Below, piece by piece: positions 40,063 through 49,817 of a stretch of 64,000 bases of DNA. Position 1 is the stretch's first letter, and each line of letters begins with the position of its first letter. Location: NCBI GenBank assembly GCA_964621445.1, contig CAZUNO010000001.1:160265-224264 (forward strand), in the 5' to 3' direction. The position numbers and the translations under genes are program-made. This DNA comes from Candidatus Hadarchaeota archaeon (GTDB lineage: Archaea > CAYQAE01 > CAYVLA01). The notes beneath the pieces are model-generated. The model saw only the letters and a program-made list of their open reading frames with translations. It made no database searches and was not told the DNA's origin.

Positions 40063-41706
40063 GTGCTGGAGAGGGTCGGTCAAATAGAGGGATCATCTGA
40101 TAGAGAGGGCTCAGAGGAAGGGAAGATAAGGCTTCATAACGGTATTAAGCTGCCGGGAGACTGGCCACCGGATTATGGGATTAGCACAGAAACGGAATCG
40201 GATGTAATGCCGGTTCCATACCTCGAAAATCCGCCGCCAGTGATACCAATAGATGTTGGCCGCCAGCTATTCGTGGATGACTTTCTAATCGAGAAAACCA
40301 CTTTGGAGCGTAGCTACCATCAGACTCAATCTCACCCTTTGAGTCCGGTGGTTGTGCCTGATCGACCATGGGAAGAGCAAACGCGGCACAAGGGGTACGT
40401 CACCCCGGTGGCCATGGTATATAGCGATGGTGTTTGGTACGATCCGGATGATGGCACCTTCAAGATGTGGTACATGAGCGGCTATAACCTGGCAACGGCC
40501 TATGCCCAATCCAGTGATGGTTTAACCTGGGAAAAACCGGACCTGGGTGTAGTTCCGGGCACCAATCTCGTCTACATCAACACCGCGGTCACTAGAGGTT
40601 CCAACACGATCTGGCTGGATCATGGGGCCAGTCCGTCTAGCCGTTTCAAGATGTTCCAACCGGTGGTAAGCAGGGAACATCACTATCGGTTCGGGGTCTT
40701 TTTTTCGGCCGATGGGATCCACTGGGAGAAGGGAGAGGTTAGCCCTCCTTTCAGCGGTGACCGGTCAACCGTATTTTACAACCCTTTTAGGGATAAATGG
40801 GTTTTTAGCATAAAGCAAAATCTGTTCGGCCGTCGAAGGAGATACGCCGAGGTGGGGGATCTCTCGATGTTGCATGAGGCATGGAAGCATGGGGATCAAC
40901 TTCCAGTCTGGGTGGGCGCAGATCGACTTGACCCTCCTCATGAGGACCTACCGGAAAAGAAGAATCGCGAGCTATATAATTTGGATGCGAATGCCTATGA
41001 GAGCTTGCTACTGGGATTATTTACCATTTACTCCGGGCGACGTCCCGGTCGACCCAAGATAAACCAGGTCTTTCTGGGCTTCAGCCGGGATGGATTTCAC
41101 TGGCACCGGCCATGCAGACGCCCTTTCATTCCAGTCTCGGATCTAGAGAGCGATTGGAACTGGGGTAACGTTCAGTCATGTGGGGGTTGCTGCCTGGTTG
41201 TCAGAGACAAGCTGTTTTTTTATGTAAGCGGCCGTTCCGGAGTTCCGGGAACCGATCAACATGGCAGGTGCTCGGTGGGCCTGGCCGTCATCCGCCGGGA
41301 TGGATTCGCATCAATGGATGCCATGAACGGAAAGGGAGAACTCATCACCCGTCCGTTAATCTTCAGCGGGAGCCATCTCTTCGTCAATGTGGATTCACCT
41401 GACGGGGATTTGCTGGTTGAGATACAGGACGAGGACGGTGAGCCCTGGGATCTGTTCGCTGAGGACCGATGTATACCATTAAGCGTGGATTCGACCCTGA
41501 AGAGGGTTAGGTGGCGAGGAGACCCGGAGCTCTCCGATTTGGCGGGAAGGAGGGTGCGGTTCCGCTTTGTGCTCAGGAATGGGAAGCTTTACTCGTTCTG
41601 GGTAAGTCCGGATGAATCGGGGGCCAGCAACGGGTATGTATCAGCAGGAGGTCCAGGTTTTACCGGAGAAAAAGATACCGTTGGCAGGGCTTCACTGTGG
41701 AAATAG
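40063..41706 (+). CDS. beta-propeller glycoside-hydrolase-like protein (GH43/GH32/GH130 fold)
   Basis: VYSDGVWYDPDDGTFKMWYM and repeated aromatic/Asp blade motifs, 547 aa. Confidence 0.35.
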   Translation: MLERVGQIEGSSDREGSEEGKIRLHNGIKLPGDWPPDYGISTETESDVMPVPYLENPPPVIPIDVGRQLFVDDFLIEKTTLERSYHQTQSHPLSPVVVPDRPWEEQTRHKGYVTPVAMVYSDGVWYDPDDGTFKMWYMSGYNLATAYAQSSDGLTWEKPDLGVVPGTNLVYINTAVTRGSNTIWLDHGASPSSRFKMFQPVVSREHHYRFGVFFSADGIHWEKGEVSPPFSGDRSTVFYNPFRDKWVFSIKQNLFGRRRRYAEVGDLSMLHEAWKHGDQLPVWVGADRLDPPHEDLPEKKNRELYNLDANAYESLLLGLFTIYSGRRPGRPKINQVFLGFSRDGFHWHRPCRRPFIPVSDLESDWNWGNVQSCGGCCLVVRDKLFFYVSGRSGVPGTDQHGRCSVGLAVIRRDGFASMDAMNGKGELITRPLIFSGSHLFVNVDSPDGDLLVEIQDEDGEPWDLFAEDRCIPLSVDSTLKRVRWRGDPELSDLAGRRVRFRFVLRNGKLYSFWVSPDESGASNGYVSAGGPGFTGEKDTVGRASLWK

Positions 41707-41743
41707 ATTTCCTGGATATAGGTATCTATATGGAGTAGGCAGG

Positions 41744-42246
41744 CTACGTAGCCAAACTTAAACGGCCTTTATTAGATAGAAATTCCACCGACGGATTGGT
41801 AAGTCCAATGGCAGCTAATGATCTGAGTCTTGCTGAGACCATGAGGAATCTATTCGATGCCGGCTGTGGGTAGGAATAATGAGAGTAACCGTTCCTGAAC
41901 CAAGGGTAATATCGATGATCGGGGACCCACCTATCGTAGAGGTTGTCGATGGCCGCCATCGTGAACCCTTGATCGTTGAAATATTCGGCCATCATCAGGG
42001 TGTCTTCCGGGTGGCGATACCGTGGTCCACTGACTCACTGCCGCGGTTCTTTCTGGGAACATGCCCGATAGCATGGCGGTGAATCCAGGGTGTGTGCAGT
42101 TGCCGACCGAGTAGAAGTTCTCGATTCTGGTACCTTGATATGCCAACTTGTCGATTTCGGGCGATGTGGGATTCGGATTGCCGTAACAGGAAAGGGGTCG
42201 GCCTCAGGGTATCGATGGCAATTAGGACGATGTTCATATACCGCAC
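41744..42246 (-). pseudogene. remnant of alkaline-phosphatase-superfamily (sulfatase/phosphodiesterase-like) gene, frameshifted
   Basis: Three short minus-strand ORFs in three frames. The first is MRYMNIVLIAIDTLRPTPF, an AP-superfamily N-terminal metal site. The second is VGNCTHPGFTAMLSGMFPERTA, the nucleophile region. The third is the downstream piece. The fragment is too short for a full enzyme. Confidence 0.35.
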
Positions 42247-42679
42247 TCTCCTGACACGGGACCCTTTGCATTCCTGAATTGTCCTGGGCTACTTTGGTTC
42301 CCCACATTAAGGGAAAATGATTCCTCATTCCCGGTTTCTCCGGACGTTCTTCGGATGCTTAAAACCCTAACAACCCCCGATCTGAGCGTGCTAATTGACT
42401 CCCGCATTGGGAGATTCTGGACCGTTATTCCAATATCTGTTTTTCGACTGTAATTCCTTCTCCTACGATATTCATCGTATATTCGTTGCCAAGTCCATTT
42501 ACTTTACTCCGGTCCATCTTGGTTTGCATCAGGTAATCCAGCGAGCAAAGCTCAGACTGGATGTGCTTGCTAGTTAAGGACGAAGAAGCGGCACGGGTAT
42601 GGTATCGATGGGCAGGGCCGGTGCAATAGATCCTAGATCCTAGCAACTTTTATTAGCTTGATTAGCCTGGAATCAGGAG

Positions 42680-43420
42680 TTGGAGCGGGAAAGTTTGGGC
42701 AACAACAAAACATTGGGAATGATAGTGACCGTTATTGTGGCCTTAGCTATCGCATATTTCCTATCAGCAGCGTGTTCTGTCGAGGACCCCATCGACAGTG
42801 ATATTTCACTGGGCATGGCGGCAGAAGAGACCTTTGCCCAGAGAGCCATGGTTACTATAATGGTTTTGAATTCATCAAACACGGTTCTTTACGACTACGC
42901 CGATATGATGGATATGGGAGCGATAGACTCCTTGGCCCAGGCCCACCCAAACGAGCCCATCCCCCAAGAGGATCTACTAGGGGAGCTTCCAGGTCCACCG
43001 GAGGGTTGGGCGTGGTTGATACCGGGTGGCCAATATATATCCAACGGGACCTCCACCAGCGCCTCCGGGATGTATTTCAAGGGGATTCCACCCTCCTTCA
43101 CAGAGCTGGCTCAGGTATTGATCCATCATGAGGTTGGAGGTATTAGCTACGAGGATGGAGATTATGAGGAGATTCCGGAGAACATAACCTTCGATGACGG
43201 GTATCCCCTGGAGGTAACCGTTCAGGGATATCCGGGCATGGAGCTTAGGGCAAGTGGGGGAAATTTGGAGGGGATTATTGGGGATTTCAATGCGGAATCG
43301 CTAGGGTTACTCTGGGTGGGTATTGGGGATGAAATCCCGATACCGGAGATAGGCGGCTTGATCGGGGTGCTGGCTGTCCTGGTCGCAATGGCGATAATCC
43401 ATAGTGTTAGGGCAGAATAA
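42680..43420 (+). CDS. hypothetical cell-surface protein (N-terminal TM/signal, C-terminal TM anchor)
   Basis: Hydrophobic N- and C-terminal segments. The C-terminus PEIGGLIGVLAVLVAMAIIHSVRAE resembles an archaeal C-terminal sorting or anchor signal. Confidence 0.4.
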   Translation: MERESLGNNKTLGMIVTVIVALAIAYFLSAACSVEDPIDSDISLGMAAEETFAQRAMVTIMVLNSSNTVLYDYADMMDMGAIDSLAQAHPNEPIPQEDLLGELPGPPEGWAWLIPGGQYISNGTSTSASGMYFKGIPPSFTELAQVLIHHEVGGISYEDGDYEEIPENITFDDGYPLEVTVQGYPGMELRASGGNLEGIIGDFNAESLGLLWVGIGDEIPIPEIGGLIGVLAVLVAMAIIHSVRAE

Positions 43421-43460
43421 AACTCCAGCCGATGTCCCCGGTATGGCTTCATTCCTTTTT

Positions 43461-44396
43461 TCATTGAGTTAATTCGTATCTTTCCTTAGCTTTCGCGACC
43501 TGGTGTATTGCTTCCATTTGACGTTCCCGGTGTTCCTCAGTCATGGGCTTCCAGGTCGTCTGAATGAAGCCCAAAAGACGGGAAGGGTCTATGACCTCGG
43601 AGCAGTAGTTTACGGTCATCTCGAAGTTCTTGGAGATGCTATGTGTTCCCGCGCCGGGTATCTGGTCATAGCCGTTTTTATCCAGTATATCATAGCTCGT
43701 AACCTGGAAGTTATCTTCGCTGAAATCATCTCCGTAGTACCAGTTGGACTGCAGGATGTTCTTGGGCATGTTATCCACGTATTCTTCCGGCTCGAAATAT
43801 TCCGGTGGGAACCACATGCCGGCTTGCCAAATCCAAGGACGGGAGCCGAATTTCTCAACTTCATCGAAAAGGAAATTCAGGTCATGCCACCAGAGATCAT
43901 ACTGACGGACAACCATAATGCGATACCTCTTACCTCGTCTCGCTGACTGGAACCTGGGCGCTTCCTCGTCCATACCCAGGTGAAGGAATCTTGGTTTCTC
44001 GAAGATTTCCATGGCCTCCGAGATCAGATCGCTGCAGACCTCATAGTAGGTATCAGTGGAAACGCATTTGGAGTATTCTCCCATCCATGCGTCGTGGGCG
44101 GTTGAGAAGTTCAACTTTGGGATGATTTCTATTCCCAGCTCTTTGGCTTTGGATATTTCCCGTTTGAGTTTCGAAACCGACCAGGCATTCTCAACGGCTA
44201 TCTCCGGATGGCTTTCGTACTCGACCCCGTCTCCGAGGTCTAGGACGATCATGTTCATCCCCGTTTCATGCATTTCCCCGAGGATATCATTCCAGAGCTC
44301 CGTATCAAAACGGAGGTATGGTTGGTATCTCGGGGGCATGTCGTCCCACATATTGCTACTAAGGTGTATTAGGCTGGCCCAAATCATTTCAACCAA
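43461..44396 (-). CDS. TIM-barrel glycoside-hydrolase-like protein
   Basis: 311 aa with an alternating beta/alpha pattern and acidic residues at strand ends (NMIVLDLGDG, FLHLGMDE). The family is not identifiable by eye. Confidence 0.3.
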   Translation of the reverse strand: MVEMIWASLIHLSSNMWDDMPPRYQPYLRFDTELWNDILGEMHETGMNMIVLDLGDGVEYESHPEIAVENAWSVSKLKREISKAKELGIEIIPKLNFSTAHDAWMGEYSKCVSTDTYYEVCSDLISEAMEIFEKPRFLHLGMDEEAPRFQSARRGKRYRIMVVRQYDLWWHDLNFLFDEVEKFGSRPWIWQAGMWFPPEYFEPEEYVDNMPKNILQSNWYYGDDFSEDNFQVTSYDILDKNGYDQIPGAGTHSISKNFEMTVNYCSEVIDPSRLLGFIQTTWKPMTEEHRERQMEAIHQVAKAKERYELTQ

Positions 44397-44589
44397 CTTG
44401 CATATTATTGTGAATTCTATAACATATAAGTATCTTAATCAGGAAAAATGATTAGAGTAAGAATGGGCGGAAAGGGACATGATAATGGGAGTGCTTTCAG
44501 CTGGTCCCCCTTATGAAGGACAGCTCCAAACGGAGTTTAAGGTTCGGCTAAACTGAAAGCGCCTTAATCGATCCCAACAGGATCGCCAC

Positions 44590-44720
44590 TACCATATCTT
44601 CCGCAAACCGCTTTTGGAACATATGTAATAATATTTTCATTTATTATATAAAAATTTAATTATTTATTTTAAATAGAATCAAAGAATTATGAAACGTTTG
44701 AGGGAAAATTTTTCCTAGGG
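44590..44720. promoter_or_regulatory. strongly AT-rich intergenic region with TATA-like elements
   Basis: The stretch tttcatttattatataaaaatttaattatttattttaaatagaatcaaagaattatg stands out against roughly 50-55% GC context. It lies between the divergent genes at 44396 and 44767. Confidence 0.3.
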
Positions 44721-44766
44721 CCTGACCAACTTCTATTTCCGTAAGCATTTTGGCACCCATGATTTC

Positions 44767-45307
44767 TTGTTCCACTGCGTTCTATCCTTGCAAATAGATT
44801 TTTTTTATCATCGGCATTCAACTGAGAAGATTGGGGTTTTAGTGGCGGAGCAATGTTGCCCGAAATTCGATCCGGAGCCTTGGGACGGAAAAATTCACAA
44901 GTGGAAAGAGAAGAAATTCGTGAAGGATAAGGTATTCACATTTTTTCACATGCCGATTAATTTTGGCCGGGTGATGAAAAGGGTAAACGAGAGGGTCCAG
45001 GAGGCGGGATCTCAAACTCCGGGGTGGCTCTATCTTTCCGAGCATAATCGAGGTGGAAGTGGATCTATATCTGGCCGTCGATAAAAATATCCCGGGTCTG
45101 GAGAACGTAACCCTGAGCGGGACCTTCCTCAGCAAGATCTATGAGGGCCCATATGGGGATACGGGGAAATGGTGTGAGGATTTCGAGAATCACGTGGGTG
45201 GACGGGGATACGAAATCGATCAATGGATCATGTGGTACACTACATGTCCTAAATGTGCCGAGAAGTATGGAAAGAGCTACGTTGCCATCATAGCCAGGGA
45301 CGGATGA
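44767..45307 (+). CDS. hypothetical protein, possibly frameshifted (two overlapping ORFs in frames +1/+2)
   Basis: ORFs 44767..45084 (TTG start) and 45053..45307 (GTG start) overlap in different frames. Together they would give a protein of about 180 aa ending in a Zn-ribbon-like MWYTTCPKCAEKYG. Confidence 0.25.
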
Positions 45308-45342
45308 TATCTGACATGGATCATCTATTTTCAAAAATTTGG

Positions 45343-46563
45343 TTAATCTCTTTTTAATAAAGGATTATCGGGCGTTGAATTGGGGCCGCAGCAGCATGCA
45401 TAGCTCCCGGGCTCCATGCCCATCCTTTTCCCCAGCCTTTGCCAGATTTCTTCTCTCTCGAGACATGTGACCACGGTGGTCCCGGGGGATAGTTCCCGTA
45501 TCTTGTCTAGGAAGAACCGATATACCTCCTCCCTAATCCTCAACGGAAACGGGCCACCGCCATTACCGATTGATCTTTCGTCCAGGGTTGATAACATCTC
45601 CTCATCCAGGTGAGAGAGATCCATAGTTCTCCTGAGCTTGGTGGCGTCCATATGAGTAAGCATTTGGAGGCATATTATATCGGGATCCACACGCGATAGG
45701 AGACTTTTCATCATCTTCTGGTTCTCAGACCTCCAGTTCTTGATTGGTATTATGGGAGAGAACCTGAAACGAACCGTGTAACCTGCTTCCTGGCACTTGT
45801 GGGCGGCCTCTATTCGATTTTCCATTGTAGGAGCCCCCTCCTCGTAAAGGCGGGCGGCCTTATCGCATGTGAGGGTCCAGCATACTACGGTCTTTCCCCG
45901 ATGATCAAGATCCAGGAGGTGGTCCACGTTATCGCTTTTTGTGTACAGCATGAGGTACTTGCCCTTCTTTTCCGCAAAGTACTTGACGAATATCTTCGAG
46001 GCACCGTATTCAGGCTCGAAGCAGAGGTTATCAGTCTGGTTATCGAACTTGAACAGGTCCTGCCAGGGAACCCGATCTATAAGGTCATCGAGGTGTTCTC
46101 GTAGTTCCTCCAGGTTAAGGCCGATCATCAGGGTATTTCCAAGATGGCAGTAATCACAATGGTGGATGCATCCATATGCACTGTGGAACTCGTACCCCGA
46201 CTGACAGACCACCTTTCGCTCTTTCCTGATTCTCTTGCTATCCCTGAAGTCCACCCATCTGTCCCCGGAATATGTTCTGTGGCTCCAGTTGTCCCTTCTG
46301 GTCTGGGTAGGATCTGATTGCTGGGGCCAGAGGTAATTGTTGAACAGAATGGTTGGGTCCCCCCTGCGACCGATCTCACCGGATCTCTTCTGGGCCTCCT
46401 CGGTACTCACTCTTTGGGAAAGTCTGGCGACTCCCTCCCCATCAAGCTCTTTAACACGGTCACAGATGATACGTTCCATCATCCTTTCCATTCTGGCTCT
46501 GGTGAGGGAGTTCTCGATAACCCTCCTGGTGAAAAATACCGCTGGTGGTCGGAGGATCCTCAA
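45343..46563 (-). CDS. radical SAM protein, SPL (spore-photoproduct-lyase/DNA-repair-photolyase COG1533-like) family
   Basis: AYGCIHHCDYCHL matches the GCxHxCxYC CxxxCxxC cluster typical of the SPL family, 406 aa. Confidence 0.45.
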   Translation of the reverse strand: MRILRPPAVFFTRRVIENSLTRARMERMMERIICDRVKELDGEGVARLSQRVSTEEAQKRSGEIGRRGDPTILFNNYLWPQQSDPTQTRRDNWSHRTYSGDRWVDFRDSKRIRKERKVVCQSGYEFHSAYGCIHHCDYCHLGNTLMIGLNLEELREHLDDLIDRVPWQDLFKFDNQTDNLCFEPEYGASKIFVKYFAEKKGKYLMLYTKSDNVDHLLDLDHRGKTVVCWTLTCDKAARLYEEGAPTMENRIEAAHKCQEAGYTVRFRFSPIIPIKNWRSENQKMMKSLLSRVDPDIICLQMLTHMDATKLRRTMDLSHLDEEMLSTLDERSIGNGGGPFPLRIREEVYRFFLDKIRELSPGTTVVTCLEREEIWQRLGKRMGMEPGSYACCCGPNSTPDNPLLKRD

Positions 46564-46641
46564 CGCTCCAACATTTATCCAGGCCGATAAATCTGTAATG
46601 GCCGAGGCACATGGGCCGGATGTCTTTTTGATTCCATCGGT

Positions 46642-48126
46642 TCAAGCCTGCTTGCTCTTTTTGCTATGTCCAGTTCCGGGATGGGGTACCGGAGGAGATG
46701 GATATATCCAGCTTTCGGGCTTCTTGGGTCCATGGGTGTCCAGGATTGCCAGTCTCCTCTCCTCGCTCCGGTACCTGCGTTCGTCGCACTGCTCCGGATT
46801 CCAGTCCTTGAGTATCCTCTCCATCATCGACTCCCTGGCCTCCTGGTATTCCGGGTCAGCTGCCACATCATCCCACTCCTCCGGGTCCTCCTCCAGGTCA
46901 AACATCAAGGGTTCATATCCCGGGGCATAAGTTAGCTTCAGGTCCCCCCGTCTAATTGTTCGCCAACCTCGCCAGGTCCCGTCTCCATAGTACTCCACGA
47001 TGGCCTCTCCTTCAAGATCCTCCCTATCGCCGGTAATCAGAGAACTCATATCCCTTCCGTCGGTTCTGGAGTAGACCTGGTCAATTCCCGCCAGGGAACA
47101 CAGCGTTGGACCTAGGTCGAGAAGGCTGATGGGTTCCGAGTTTCTGTTCCTCGGGATCCCAGGTCCTTTCACCATTAACGGAACCCGGCTGGACCATTCG
47201 TAGTGGGTACACTTGAACCACAGGCCATGTTTTCCCATCATGTCCCCGTGGTCGCTTGTATAGAGGACTATGGTGTTATCCTCTTCGCCGGTTTCCGAAA
47301 GCTCGTTCAATATCCTTTGGATATAATCATCGAGCATGCTTATTCGTCCCAGAGTTGCATGTCGGGCACGACGACAGATCTCGTCTGGGACCGGTTCCTC
47401 CAGATGGGTTGCTGCCCGGACCCATTGCACCGTGGGATGATCCTTTGATTGATAATCCTCGGGAAGCTGGGGCACCTGGATGTCCTCATCATGGTAGAGG
47501 TCCCAATACTCCTTGGGGGCACGAAACGGATAATGAGGACCGTTAAATGATGCGCAGAGAAAGAAGGGACGTTCCGACTCCCTCCGCCCCATATCTCGCA
47601 ATCCCATGATCGACCTGAACAGCACCTCCTCGTCGTAATCCATGTCCGGGGTGCGGCCCATCCCGCTTTCATAAACCCGGTGCCGGCCCTGCCCGGTGCC
47701 CCGGGGCTTTACGAATACCTGTTCCCTGTTCGAGATGGTCCAGTCGAAGGTGGAGGGGTATATGTCCTGGGTCCATCGCTCCTCAAAACCGTGATGCTGG
47801 TCGGGCCCGACGAAATGCATCTTGCCACATAGGATGGTGCGATATCCTGCGGCTCTGAAACTGTGGGCGAAGGTGGGCCAATCGCAGCCAAGAGGACTTG
47901 CGTTATCCCAGACCTCTATGGTATGTACGTGCCTTCCAGTCATCATGGCGGCTCGTGATGGAGCGCATAATGGACTGCCACAATAGGCCGAGTCGAAGGT
48001 GATCCCCTCCTCTGATATGCTATCCATGGCCGGTGTTTTTGCCAATGGGTGGCCATAGCATCCGGTCATGAACAGGGGGTGCTGGTCCCCCATCAACATC
48101 AGAACATTTGGTCTATCATCAGCCAT
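46642..48126 (-). CDS. sulfatase (Cys-type)
   Basis: LMLMGDQH and the sulfatase signature CAPSRAAMMTGR. No signal peptide is present. Confidence 0.8.
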   Translation of the reverse strand: MADDRPNVLMLMGDQHPLFMTGCYGHPLAKTPAMDSISEEGITFDSAYCGSPLCAPSRAAMMTGRHVHTIEVWDNASPLGCDWPTFAHSFRAAGYRTILCGKMHFVGPDQHHGFEERWTQDIYPSTFDWTISNREQVFVKPRGTGQGRHRVYESGMGRTPDMDYDEEVLFRSIMGLRDMGRRESERPFFLCASFNGPHYPFRAPKEYWDLYHDEDIQVPQLPEDYQSKDHPTVQWVRAATHLEEPVPDEICRRARHATLGRISMLDDYIQRILNELSETGEEDNTIVLYTSDHGDMMGKHGLWFKCTHYEWSSRVPLMVKGPGIPRNRNSEPISLLDLGPTLCSLAGIDQVYSRTDGRDMSSLITGDREDLEGEAIVEYYGDGTWRGWRTIRRGDLKLTYAPGYEPLMFDLEEDPEEWDDVAADPEYQEARESMMERILKDWNPEQCDERRYRSEERRLAILDTHGPKKPESWIYPSPPVPHPGTGHSKKSKQA

Positions 48127-48287
48127 TTTTTCGCGTCCTGGCGACGAGGTTAATGATCAAACAGGTCAGATCAAGGGCTTGGAACCCTCAACCTCGCTAA
48201 CCAGCTTCGGATAAAGGTTGGATGATTTAAGTGCTGTCCATGCCGAGGGGTATTTCTCAACCCAGGCTCAATGGGCATGGCAATTAT

Positions 48288-49778
48288 TCAGGGGGCCATG
48301 CCCTCTTTGGCCAGGTAACCGTTCCAGACTCCAGTGATGCGTTTTAGGTCCCGGGTTTTGATGGGTTGTGTGAGGGGCTTTCGCCCGAAGGAGCACACGA
48401 AATTCTCGGCATACAAGGTGCAAGGGACCCCTAACTGGTGATTATTCAGCGTGTAAGCAAGCCATTCCCCGTAATCATGGTGAACCCAGTCATCGGAATC
48501 GATGGGTTTCCATGGAAAAACGGCACGGGAGAGCTGGCACCTGGGTCTCATGGCCGACATCACCCCATCCTCGGGAACTGGGCCCGTGTCATGAAGCCGG
48601 ACCATGTCGAAGGTGTCATGGAAGTATGGGTGAACAGTACTGCTAGTTATCAGGGAGTCGTGCTTAGCTTCCTTGGCGGCCCGATAGATATCTTTCTGTA
48701 GTTGGTATAGGAGCTCACATCCCCATCTTCCTTCATTGAAATTCATGGGGGGGTGGTCGGAGCCAAGTTCAAAGGACCTGCCGAAGTGTTCTCCCCCGCT
48801 GAGTTGGCGTTCATTTGGGGTGTAGCGCAATTGGTCGATCTTGAAGCCATCTGCATCGAGACCATCCTCCTCCGGGGATAGAAGATGCTCGACCTGCCGT
48901 CTCAGAAATGCTCGGTATTCAGGATTTGTAGGGTCCACCACAAGCTTGGTATTGCCGGAGAAAATACACCATTTGTCGGGCAGGTTCTCGCAAAACCAGG
49001 TGGGTATCCAGAGCAAGACCCTTCGGGATTCCCGGTGCTGGGTCTCGATGAACCCCTTGAGGTCCGGCCACTGCGTGAGATTGGGTTCCCATACGCCTCC
49101 CGAAGACCAACCGGCGTCGATTATTACCGTGCCCACCGGGACATTTGCTGATTCGAGAATTTTGATCCATCTTTCATATAGACCCTGTATACAGTAGGCC
49201 AGAGCCCGTGGCTCCGGGCCTGGTCCCTCCAGGGAAAGGGAAATTCCTACCTGGTCCCCCCAGCCACAGTAGATGGGTCTCTTCCACCAGTCGGGAATGG
49301 AATTATTTCCCATTTGGGAATAGGCCTCAGGATAGGTCGCCTTTAAGGCACGGCGAAGTAGCGAGTAAAGCGGTTCCTCATCCTCACCATGTAATATGCA
49401 TAGATCGATGTGGGGCAGAATTGCGGTTGGGTCATTATGCCCCTCGAGATCTATGGAGACCTCAACATGCTCACTGTTGGCCTTAAAACTAACCATATTC
49501 CATAAGTGCCACGAGGGATCGGCCCGGACGGCAATGATGGCCTTTCCCTGCCCCGATATTACCCCCACCGCGAAGGGACCGGGAGTAAATTTGGCGGAGG
49601 CCTGCTTGGTATTGCGGGTCCCTATCCTTATTTCCTGGGGCACTGAATATGGTCTGATTCTGTGACCCTCACCGGGAACGGGTGACCAGATATGGCGTGG
49701 TGCAAAGCCAAGATCCTTCCTTGAGGCGGATGCCCGTACCATGTCTTCCCGGGATTCACGGAAATTCAGCACGTCCAT
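48288..49778 (-). CDS. putative glycoside hydrolase (TIM barrel with IDxGW motif, GH27/36/114-like)
   Basis: VGTVIIDAGW resembles the IDDGW motif of clan GH-D and GH114 enzymes, 496 aa. Confidence 0.3.
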   Translation of the reverse strand: MDVLNFRESREDMVRASASRKDLGFAPRHIWSPVPGEGHRIRPYSVPQEIRIGTRNTKQASAKFTPGPFAVGVISGQGKAIIAVRADPSWHLWNMVSFKANSEHVEVSIDLEGHNDPTAILPHIDLCILHGEDEEPLYSLLRRALKATYPEAYSQMGNNSIPDWWKRPIYCGWGDQVGISLSLEGPGPEPRALAYCIQGLYERWIKILESANVPVGTVIIDAGWSSGGVWEPNLTQWPDLKGFIETQHRESRRVLLWIPTWFCENLPDKWCIFSGNTKLVVDPTNPEYRAFLRRQVEHLLSPEEDGLDADGFKIDQLRYTPNERQLSGGEHFGRSFELGSDHPPMNFNEGRWGCELLYQLQKDIYRAAKEAKHDSLITSSTVHPYFHDTFDMVRLHDTGPVPEDGVMSAMRPRCQLSRAVFPWKPIDSDDWVHHDYGEWLAYTLNNHQLGVPCTLYAENFVCSFGRKPLTQPIKTRDLKRITGVWNGYLAKEGMAP

Positions 49779-49817
49779 GGTTTATTCAGGATTCCCTCCG
49801 TCGTATAAAGCTAGCTC

